The notes under the pieces: generated by a model
Told to the model about the DNA's origin: nothing
The model's input: the letters and a program-made list of their open reading frames with translations, nothing else
The model's database searches: none
Translations under genes and position numbers: made by a program
DNA from: Anaerolineae bacterium
GTDB lineage: Bacteria > Chloroflexota > Anaerolineae > Epilineales > Epilineaceae
Direction of reading: 5' to 3'
Length of the DNA: 64,000 bases
Assembly (NCBI GenBank): GCA_034432155.1
Contig: DAOUCP010000043.1
Span: forward strand, 4,878 to 68,877
Shown here: in pieces, positions 52,378 through 60,552 of the stretch
Layout of the letters: the number at the start of each line of letters is the position of its first letter
Position numbering within the stretch: the first letter of the stretch is position 1

Positions 52378-53640
52378 GTGCGTGTGGCGCTGGTGAGCGG
52401 CGAGTATCCGCCCGACCGTGGCGGATTGGCGGACTACACGCGACAGCTCGCTCTAGCGTTGGCGACCGAGGGTGTCGCCGTGGACGTGCTGGCGCCGCGC
52501 CGGGTTGCTGCGTCGCCAGCGACCAAAGTGCAGGCCGTCCGCCGCGGCAACGGTCATCGGCCGGAGAGCCCGCGGCCCCGGCGCTCGCCGGCGCAGATGC
52601 GGCTTACCGAGTTCCATGCCGCCGGCGTCTGGGGTTGGTCGCTGCCACGAGCCCTCGGCCGGCTGGTCTCGCAGACACGACCCGATCTCTTGCACATCCA
52701 ATACCAGACGGCAGCCTACGGCATGCATCCGGGCGTCAATGTCGCTCCCTGGTGGCTGCGCCGCAGCCAGGTGCCGGTTCGCATTGCCTTCACCTACCAC
52801 GACTTGCGGCTGCCCTATCTGCTGCCCAAAGCCGGCTGGCTGCGCCAACAGGTGACGATGCTGCCAGCGCGCTGGAGCCACCTGACGATTGCCACGAACG
52901 AGGCCGACTACCTGGCGCTGGCCGAACGGGGACGTGCCTGGCGGCTGGAGCTCGTTCCCATCGGCAGCAACATTGCCGATCAGCCTCCCGGCGACTATGA
53001 CCGCTCGGCCTGGCGGGCGGCGGGGGGCGTGGCGCCGCACGAGCATTTGGTAGCCTACTTCGGCATGCTGAACGAGAGCAAGGGTCTTGCCAACCTGGCC
53101 ATTGCGGTGGCGAGCCTCGGCGCCAGCGGCATGAGCGTTCGTCTGGCGATGGTCGGCGAGCTCATCGGCACCAGTGACCCGACGAATCGCGACGTCCGGA
53201 TGAGAGTGGAACGTCAGCTCGCGGCGCTGGGTCTCGCGGAGCGGGTGATCTGGACCGGTCATCTGCCGCCCGAGGGAGTCTCTGCGTGGTTGCACGCCGC
53301 CGACGCCGTGGCCCTGCCCTACCTGGACGGCTGGTCGTACCGGCGTGGGTCGCTGCTGGCGGCCCTGGAGCACGGCTGCCCGATCGTAACGACGGTGGCG
53401 GCGCCGCTGCCGGCGGGGGTCGCCCCGGCGCTGCCACCGTTGCAGGATGGTGCATCGGCGTTGCTGGTGCCGCCAGCCGATGACGACGCGCTCGCGGCGG
53501 CGCTCCGACGTGTGCTCGAGACGCCCAACCTGGCCGCCACGCTGGGCGCCGGCGCCCGGAAGCTGGCCGAGCATTTTGCCTGGCCGAAGATCGCGCAACG
53601 CCATGTCGCGCTCTACGAGGAGGTGCTCTCGACCGGCTGA
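52378..53640 (+). CDS. Glycosyltransferase family 4 (GT-B)
   Basis: GTG start VRVALVSGEYPPDRGGLADYTRQLALAL...; the C-terminus has E...E with GCPIVTT. The track ORF begins at 52294 and overlaps GT2. Confidence 0.8.
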   Translation: MRVALVSGEYPPDRGGLADYTRQLALALATEGVAVDVLAPRRVAASPATKVQAVRRGNGHRPESPRPRRSPAQMRLTEFHAAGVWGWSLPRALGRLVSQTRPDLLHIQYQTAAYGMHPGVNVAPWWLRRSQVPVRIAFTYHDLRLPYLLPKAGWLRQQVTMLPARWSHLTIATNEADYLALAERGRAWRLELVPIGSNIADQPPGDYDRSAWRAAGGVAPHEHLVAYFGMLNESKGLANLAIAVASLGASGMSVRLAMVGELIGTSDPTNRDVRMRVERQLAALGLAERVIWTGHLPPEGVSAWLHAADAVALPYLDGWSYRRGSLLAALEHGCPIVTTVAAPLPAGVAPALPPLQDGASALLVPPADDDALAAALRRVLETPNLAATLGAGARKLAEHFAWPKIAQRHVALYEEVLSTG

Positions 53641-53678
53641 CAGTAAGCACCCTCTAGACGCAACTGGGGGGAGGTCCT

Positions 53679-56600
53679 ATGCTTGGCGTCGTGGATGTAG
53701 CGACTTGGAATGCAAACTCGGTCCGGACGCGAATCGACCGGCTGGCGAACTGGCTCGAGGGCGCACAACCGGACGTGGTGTGCCTCCAGGAGCTGAAAGC
53801 CCCGGAGAGTGAATTCCCGTTCGATCGGCTGCAGAAGCTGGGCTATCGGGCCGCGGTGTATGGGCAGCCGACCTACAACGGGGTGGCGATCGTAAGCCGG
53901 TCGGAGCCACGCGATGTGCAGCGGGGCCTGAGCGATGGGGTGGCCGACGACCAGGCGCGTCTCATCGCTGCCACCGTGGGGCCTATACGCGTGCTCTCGG
54001 CGTATGTTCCCAACGGCCAGGAAGTCGGCTCCGAGAAATGGGCCTACAAGTTAGAGTGGCTCGCGCGATTGAGAGCCTACCTGCAGCGCACCTGTGATCC
54101 GGCGCAGCCGCTGCTGCTGTGTGGCGACTTCAACATTGCCCCGGACGATCGAGACGTGGCCCGACCGGACGCCTGGGCCGGAAGCGTCTTGTGCCACGGC
54201 GAGGCTCGAGCGGCGCTGCAGCGTCTTCTGGACTGGGGACTCGTCGACGTGGTTCGCCGCTTCTACCCCGAGGGTGGCCTGTACACGTGGTGGGACTACC
54301 GTGGCCGGGCATACGAGCGAGATGATGGGCTGCGGCTCGACCTCATCCTGGCCACGGCCATACTCGCCGAGCGTGTGACCGCGGCTCGGGTGGATCGGAC
54401 AGAGCGGGAGGGCGAGAAACCATCCGACCACGCGCCGGTGGTCGTCAGCCTCGACGTGGAGGATCTGCCAGAGGCGGCGGACCGCGGCGGGCGGCCAGCC
54501 TCACACGCGGTGCTGCATACCACGGCGGCGGATCGCCGGTCGGATCAGGCGGTGGCAACGCCAGCCGAGCAGGAGCACACGCGCCCAGCACAGCCAGCAA
54601 GCACCTCGGCGGCCGCCGAAGGCCAAGCCACGAGCCACGCGCGCCCGCTTCTCATGCTGATCGATGGCCACTCGGTCGCCTACCGGGCTTTCTACGGCTT
54701 GCCCCTCTATGACCGCAGCGGCCGACTGCAGTTCTCTACCAGTGGCGGCGAGATCACCAACGCCGTCTACGGCTTTGCCAGCATGCTGCTCAAGAGCTGG
54801 CACGAACAGCAGCCCGACTACGTGGTGGCAGCGTTCGATCGTGGCCGCACTTTCCGCGACGATCTGTTCCCGGAGTACAAAGCTACCCGAGACAAGATGC
54901 CCGATGAGCTTGCCCCCCAGATCCCACGGATCGTCGAGCTGGTGGAAGCTTTCGGCGTGCCGGCAGTGGCGGTCGAGGGCTACGAGGCGGACGACATTCT
55001 GGGAACGCTTGCCCGACGGGCCGAGGCGGAGGGCATGGAAGTGCTGATTGTCACCGGTGACAGCGATGCCTTCCAGCTCATCAGCGATGGGGTGCGAGTG
55101 CTCGCGCCGGGACGGCTGTGGAGCGACGTGGCAGTGCACGACCGGGCGAAAGTGGTGGCGCGCTACGGCCTGGAGCCGGCGCAGCTCATCGACTTCAAGG
55201 CGCTGGTTGGCGATCCGAGCGATCATGTGCCAGGCGTGAAGGGGGTTGGCCCAAAGTCGGCCCTGCCACTGCTCCAACGCTACGGCTCGGTACAGGGGAT
55301 CTACGAGCACCTCGAAGAGGTGGAGCCGGAGCGAGTTCGGCGTGCCTTGGCGGCCGATCGGGCCATGGCCGAGCTGAGTCGCCAGTTGGTGACGATTCGT
55401 ACCGACGTACCGTTGGCTGTCCAATGGTCGGACTGCTCCGTGAAGCGCTACGATCGCGGTCGCGTCGAGGCGCTGTTCGATCAGCTCGAGTTCCGCGGCA
55501 TCCGGAGCCGGCTGCCCGGGGCGCCCCGTGCCGAGGCCACGACCGGCGACGCCGAGCGGAGCGAGGCCGGTCTCGAACCTTCCCGTGGGCCGACTCGGCC
55601 AGCAGCCGGTGCGTCCGCAGCGCCGCCCGTGGACACTTCTGGCGCTCAGCCCGGGGCCGCTCGCGTTTCCGAGGCTGGCCTGAGCGGCGTCGCGGACAGT
55701 GGGACTGGCGCGGGCGCCGCGCCTAGCGGCGGGCGAGGGCACCTGGGCGAGCCGCCTGCGGCTTACGACGATGGCCAGCAGATGGCGCTGTTTCCGGGCG
55801 TTCACCGTCCGGCGGCGGAAGCAGTCGGCCGGGCTGTGGCCCCGGTAACGGCAACAACCATCGTCGCCGACGAGGCCACGCTGGAGCGGATGGTGGCGGA
55901 GTTGTCGCGAGGCGAGATTGTTGCCTTCGACACGGAGGCCACCGCCCCCGAGCCGCTGCGCGCTGAACTGGTGGGCGTGGCCTTGAGCAGTTGCGAGGGA
56001 ACCGGCTACTACGTGCCGGTCGGCCATCGCGAAGCAAGCCCACAGCTTCCGTGGTCGGTCGTCCGGCCAGCCTTGGCGCGGCTGCTGGAGGATCCCAGCC
56101 GCCCCAAGGCGGCCCACAACGCCAAGTACGACATGGCCATCCTGCGCCAGGCGGGCATCGAGGTGCGCGGTCTCGCCATGGACACCATGCTGGCGGCCTT
56201 CGTGCTGGAGCCCGGGTCGCGGCTGGGTCTGAAGCATCTCGCTCGCACCCAGCTTGGGATTGCCATGCTCGAGATCGAGGAACTCATCGGCTCGGGCAAG
56301 CATCAGCGCACCATGGCCGACGTGCCCATCGCCGCCGCTGGTCCCTACGCCGCCGCGGACGCGGACATGACGTTGCGCCTGACGCGGGTCCAGCTGCCCC
56401 GGCTGGAGGAGACAAACCTGCGCTCGCTGCTCGAGCGGGTGGAGCTGCCGCTGGTGCCGGTGCTCTTGGACATGGAATTCGCCGGCGTCCTCGTGGACAC
56501 CCAGCACCTAGCTGTGCTCTCCGAGCGCCTGGCGAACCGGCTTCAGGAAATCGAGGCTGAGATCTACCGTATGGTGCCGGTGCCGTTCAACGTCGGCTCG

Positions 56601-57662
56601 CCGCAGCAACTGGCCGAAGTGCTGTTCAAGCACCTAAAGCTTCGCGCACCCGGAGCTCGGGCCACCACCACCGGGCGGGTATCCGTGGCGGCCGACGTCC
56701 TGGAGTCGATGCGCGGCAGTCATCCGGTGATCGACCTGGTTCTAGAGCACCGGCAGCTCTCCAAGATCAAGAGCACGTACGTCGATGCCCTGCCACAGCT
56801 CGTGCATCCGCGCAGTGGTCGCGTGCACACGTCGTTCAACCAGACTGGCGCGGTGACGGGTCGCCTGTCCTCGCAGGACCCCAACCTCCAGAACATCCCG
56901 ATTCGCAGCGAACTGGGACGGGAGGTGCGCGAGGCCTTCGTGGCGCCGGAGGGCTGGCGATTGCTGGCTGCCGACTACTCGCAAGTCGAGCTCCGCATTG
57001 CCGCGCATCTATCGGCAGACCCAGGGCTCAAGGCCGCCTTCGCCGCTGGCGAGGACATCCATCGGGCGACGGCAGCCCGCGTGCTCGGCGTCCCGCTCGA
57101 CCAGGTGACGCCCGATGAACGGGCATTTGCCAAGCGCGTCAACTTCGGGCTGCTGTACGGCATGGGCGCCCGATCGCTGGCCCAACAAGCCGGAATCCGG
57201 ATGACGGACGCGCAGGCGTTCGTGGACGCCTACTTCGCGGCCTTTCCCAACATCCGGCGCTACCTCGAGGAGACGAAACGACGGGCCAAGGAGCAGGGCT
57301 ACGCGGAGACGCTGCTGGGTCGGCGGCGCTACTTCCCGATCCTGCAGGTAGCCACCCGCGATGCCCGCACGAACGTGCTCCAACGGGCGGCGGAGCGCGA
57401 AGCCATCAACCATCCGATGCAGGGGTCGGTGGCCGACATCATCAAACTGGCCATGATCGGCATCCATCGCGCCCTGCAGGAGCGCCACCTGCAGGCGCGG
57501 ATGCTCCTCCAGGTGCATGACGAACTGGTCCTCGAGACACCGCTCGCCGAGGTGGACGAGGTGACCGATCTCGTCCGCAGCATCATGGAGGCCGCCTATC
57601 CGCTGGACCCGCCCCTGAAAGTCGACGTCGGGGTTGGCCGGAACTGGCTCGAAACCAAGTAG
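53679..57662 (+). CDS. polA: Single 1327-aa ORF: exodeoxyribonuclease III (Xth/APE, aa 1-~260) joined by ~70-aa low-complexity linker to full-length DNA polymerase I (5'-3' exo, 3'-5' exo, polymerase)
   Basis: GGGGGAGG RBS before the ATG at 53679. Xth part: WNANSVRTRIDRLANWLEGAQPDVVCLQELK...SDHAPVVVSLD. No in-frame stop follows. Then PLLMLIDGHSVAYRAFYGL (the Pol I N-terminus), proofreading motifs FDTEAT/HNAKYD/YAAADAD, polymerase motifs RRAAKAINFGLIYG-like (KRVNFGLLYGMGA) and QVHDELVLE. Confidence 0.7.
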   Translation: MLGVVDVATWNANSVRTRIDRLANWLEGAQPDVVCLQELKAPESEFPFDRLQKLGYRAAVYGQPTYNGVAIVSRSEPRDVQRGLSDGVADDQARLIAATVGPIRVLSAYVPNGQEVGSEKWAYKLEWLARLRAYLQRTCDPAQPLLLCGDFNIAPDDRDVARPDAWAGSVLCHGEARAALQRLLDWGLVDVVRRFYPEGGLYTWWDYRGRAYERDDGLRLDLILATAILAERVTAARVDRTEREGEKPSDHAPVVVSLDVEDLPEAADRGGRPASHAVLHTTAADRRSDQAVATPAEQEHTRPAQPASTSAAAEGQATSHARPLLMLIDGHSVAYRAFYGLPLYDRSGRLQFSTSGGEITNAVYGFASMLLKSWHEQQPDYVVAAFDRGRTFRDDLFPEYKATRDKMPDELAPQIPRIVELVEAFGVPAVAVEGYEADDILGTLARRAEAEGMEVLIVTGDSDAFQLISDGVRVLAPGRLWSDVAVHDRAKVVARYGLEPAQLIDFKALVGDPSDHVPGVKGVGPKSALPLLQRYGSVQGIYEHLEEVEPERVRRALAADRAMAELSRQLVTIRTDVPLAVQWSDCSVKRYDRGRVEALFDQLEFRGIRSRLPGAPRAEATTGDAERSEAGLEPSRGPTRPAAGASAAPPVDTSGAQPGAARVSEAGLSGVADSGTGAGAAPSGGRGHLGEPPAAYDDGQQMALFPGVHRPAAEAVGRAVAPVTATTIVADEATLERMVAELSRGEIVAFDTEATAPEPLRAELVGVALSSCEGTGYYVPVGHREASPQLPWSVVRPALARLLEDPSRPKAAHNAKYDMAILRQAGIEVRGLAMDTMLAAFVLEPGSRLGLKHLARTQLGIAMLEIEELIGSGKHQRTMADVPIAAAGPYAAADADMTLRLTRVQLPRLEETNLRSLLERVELPLVPVLLDMEFAGVLVDTQHLAVLSERLANRLQEIEAEIYRMVPVPFNVGSPQQLAEVLFKHLKLRAPGARATTTGRVSVAADVLESMRGSHPVIDLVLEHRQLSKIKSTYVDALPQLVHPRSGRVHTSFNQTGAVTGRLSSQDPNLQNIPIRSELGREVREAFVAPEGWRLLAADYSQVELRIAAHLSADPGLKAAFAAGEDIHRATAARVLGVPLDQVTPDERAFAKRVNFGLLYGMGARSLAQQAGIRMTDAQAFVDAYFAAFPNIRRYLEETKRRAKEQGYAETLLGRRRYFPILQVATRDARTNVLQRAAEREAINHPMQGSVADIIKLAMIGIHRALQERHLQARMLLQVHDELVLETPLAEVDEVTDLVRSIMEAAYPLDPPLKVDVGVGRNWLETK

Positions 57663-57690
57663 CGGCCGGGACGGGCCGTGGTCTTGCCGG

Positions 57691-60552
57691 GTGCCACAGC
57701 GCTGGCTCTTGGTGGGCATCGTGCTGCTGGCGGCTTGGCTGCGCGCCTGGCATCTGGACGCCATGTCGATTTGGCAAGACGAGGCGCTTTCGCTGTACCG
57801 GGCCACGAAGCCGCTGCCGTTCCTGGTGAGCGGGCGCATCGACATTGGCGAGCTGGTGACACGCGATGTCCAGCCACCGCTGTACTTCGTTCTTCTGGGA
57901 GGCTGGTTCCGCCTGGTGGGCGTCAGTACCTGGCTAGCCAAGTGGCCTTCGCTGGCCGCCGGCCTGGTCAGCCTGCCACTCTTGTGGGCGGTAGGCTGCC
58001 GCTGGTTGGGGCGACGCACCGCCTTGCTGGCGACGGGGGTAGCCGCGATCTCGCCCCTTACCTTGTGGTATAGCCAGGAGATCCGGAGCTACACCCTGCA
58101 GGTTGCCCTCGGACTGCTCGCCGTCTACAGCCTGGTCCGAGCTTGTGCCGCTCCGCGCGACCGCCAGCTGGGCGGCTGGCTGCTCCTCGCCACGGCTGCC
58201 AACGCGGCCCTCCTTTGGACGCACTACCTCGGCTTCCAGTTGCTCCTGTTCCAAGTGCTTCTGGCAGCTGCGTCGGTGGCCCGGGCCGGTGGGCGCAGAC
58301 TGCTCGCCGATCGACGGCTATGGACCGCCGTCTTGGTCGTCGGGCTGCTCGCCTGGCCGTTGTTGCCATTCGCCTGGCACCGGCTGGGGCTGGGCGCGGA
58401 GACCGACCAGCATTTCGTTCCGCTGACGGTGATCCTGCGCGACGTAGTGCACGGCTTCACCTTCGGCTGGGATCCCCATCCGGAGCGGGTCGTCTGGATC
58501 GACAGCCTGGCCCTCCTGGCGCTGGGAATCGGGTTGGCGGTGCTTGTCAGGCGGAAGCCGGCCGTCGCTGCGACGCTCGGTGGCTTTCTCTTGTTGCCGG
58601 TCCTGGGCGTGTTCGCCATCACTCTGGTCAAGCCGGTATACATGGGCGTGCGCCACATCCTGCTTGCCTCGCCGCCTTACTTCCTCCTGCTCGCGGCTGG
58701 CTTGTCGGCCCTGCACCGACGCTGGCCACTCGGCGGACTGGCCGCCGGCGCCGTCCTGGGTGGTGCCATGGTCCAATCATGCTGGGGCTTTTACCACGAC
58801 CCGGCCTATCGCAAGGACGATCTGCGCGCCTTGGCGCAACACGTGTCGCGCTGGGCAGTTCCCGGCGACCGGTTTGCGGTGTCGGATCCACGGCTGGTGC
58901 TGGCGTTCGAACAGCTCGTCGATCGACTGCCGGTGCTGGCGGTCCCAGCGATGCGGGCCGACGGTCGGCTGGACGAGCGACCGCCTGCCGAGCAGCTGGC
59001 CGGGGTCCTGCCCCCTGAGGGGCGCCTGTGGTTCATGACGCCGCTTCCGGAGATGAAGGACTGGCTGGAGGCGACGGTGGCCAGGCCGATGGCGGCCGGC
59101 GAGGAGGCAATGACGGTGCCTGCCCGGGCACGGCTGGTGGCGGAGCGAACCTTTCACGGGCGCACCATCCCCGTCCGGCTGGATGCTTACGAGGCATGGG
59201 GGTCGCTCGACCGGGAGCTTGCCTCCGCCCAGAAGCCGACGGACAGTCAGGAGTGGCCGCTCTGGTGGCGCACGCAGCCCCAACCGGCGGTGGCCGGACT
59301 GGCCTTGCGGGTCCGGATCTACGCACCCGATCTGGCGTGGCCGCCCGCCAGCGCTGTGCGGCGCAGCGGACCCGCCGTGCCTCCGGCAGGCACGAAGCTC
59401 TCGCTCCGGCTGGTGGACGCCGGCGGTCGGGTCTGGAGCCAGGGCGATCACGCGCTGGTCCGCCACGCGTATCCGGCCTTCGACAGCTACGACCTGATGG
59501 TCGAGCCGGTGGTGCCGGCCGGAACTTACACCCTCAGCCTGCAACTTTACTGCCCCGGTTGCGAAGGGCGGTTGGGGATGGGCCAGCGCCGGCTGGGCCA
59601 GGTGACGGTGGTCGCGGGTGAGGCGCCCAAGCCGCGGGATTTGGCCATCGGCGTTCGAGCCGGCGGCCGGGGGAGCGGGCTCGAGCTCCTCGGCTACGAT
59701 CTGAGCTCCAGGCTCTGGCCAGCGGGCGGTGAGCTGGGCATGGGGCTCTGGCTGCGCGCCGTCTCACGGCCGCCAGGGGCGGAGGGCTTGCGTCTCGAGA
59801 TCGTGGATGGGCTGGGTCGGCGTCGCTCGCGCGCCGAGGTGCCGCTGGCCGAGGCGGGCGATTCGCCAGCTGTGTGGCGGCCCGGGGACGTGCGCCGACT
59901 CAGGCTACAGTTGCCTCTACCGTCGGTCCCGGGTCGGTACAGTCTGCGCGCTAGCCTGCTCTCGGCTGGGCGACCGGTCTGGATGCGCCGCCGTTGGCTG
60001 CCCGTGCAGGCACTCTGGCTGGGCTTCGTGCAGGTGACGGCACCGCCCCGCGAGCAGCCCCAGGCGCCCGACGAGGAGGTGACGGCGCAGTTCGGCGGCC
60101 TCCTGGAGCTTCGCGGTTACGATGCGCGCCCGCCGGTGGACCAGTGGCCCACGGTGGCGGGCCGGCCGATTGCCGCCACCATGCCCATCACCCTCCATTG
60201 GCGGGCGCTGGCGCGGGCTCCCGCGAACTACGCCGTATCGGTGCAGATGGTACCGGCTCGTCGCGGGGCGACCGGCGACCTAGAGGCCGGCGGACCGCCT
60301 TTGGCGCAGCACGACAGCCAGCCAGCGCTGGGTGCTCGGCCGTGTCGCGGCTGGCAGGTGGGCGAGGCGATTGCGGATCGGCACGAGCTCGCGCTGCCGC
60401 AGAGCTGGCCAGAGGAGAGCCTCTTGATTGTCGCCGTCTACGATCCGGCGGCGCCGGAGGGCGCTCGCCTGGCGGTGGAACAGAGCGGCAGCCGGCGTGA
60501 TTATGCGATTCTGGCGCAAGTGGCGCCCCGTCGCGAGGAGGGCGGGCCTTGA
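57691..60552 (+). CDS. GT-C superfamily glycosyltransferase, PMT_2/ArnT-like (polyprenyl-phosphate-sugar dependent), with large C-terminal extracytoplasmic domain
   Basis: LLVGIVLLAAWLRAWHLDAMSIWQDEALSLYRA (DE motif in the first loop). Polytopic N-terminal half. The GTG at 57691 is chosen to avoid a 29-bp overlap with polA (track start 57634). Confidence 0.7.
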   Translation: MPQRWLLVGIVLLAAWLRAWHLDAMSIWQDEALSLYRATKPLPFLVSGRIDIGELVTRDVQPPLYFVLLGGWFRLVGVSTWLAKWPSLAAGLVSLPLLWAVGCRWLGRRTALLATGVAAISPLTLWYSQEIRSYTLQVALGLLAVYSLVRACAAPRDRQLGGWLLLATAANAALLWTHYLGFQLLLFQVLLAAASVARAGGRRLLADRRLWTAVLVVGLLAWPLLPFAWHRLGLGAETDQHFVPLTVILRDVVHGFTFGWDPHPERVVWIDSLALLALGIGLAVLVRRKPAVAATLGGFLLLPVLGVFAITLVKPVYMGVRHILLASPPYFLLLAAGLSALHRRWPLGGLAAGAVLGGAMVQSCWGFYHDPAYRKDDLRALAQHVSRWAVPGDRFAVSDPRLVLAFEQLVDRLPVLAVPAMRADGRLDERPPAEQLAGVLPPEGRLWFMTPLPEMKDWLEATVARPMAAGEEAMTVPARARLVAERTFHGRTIPVRLDAYEAWGSLDRELASAQKPTDSQEWPLWWRTQPQPAVAGLALRVRIYAPDLAWPPASAVRRSGPAVPPAGTKLSLRLVDAGGRVWSQGDHALVRHAYPAFDSYDLMVEPVVPAGTYTLSLQLYCPGCEGRLGMGQRRLGQVTVVAGEAPKPRDLAIGVRAGGRGSGLELLGYDLSSRLWPAGGELGMGLWLRAVSRPPGAEGLRLEIVDGLGRRRSRAEVPLAEAGDSPAVWRPGDVRRLRLQLPLPSVPGRYSLRASLLSAGRPVWMRRRWLPVQALWLGFVQVTAPPREQPQAPDEEVTAQFGGLLELRGYDARPPVDQWPTVAGRPIAATMPITLHWRALARAPANYAVSVQMVPARRGATGDLEAGGPPLAQHDSQPALGARPCRGWQVGEAIADRHELALPQSWPEESLLIVAVYDPAAPEGARLAVEQSGSRRDYAILAQVAPRREEGGP

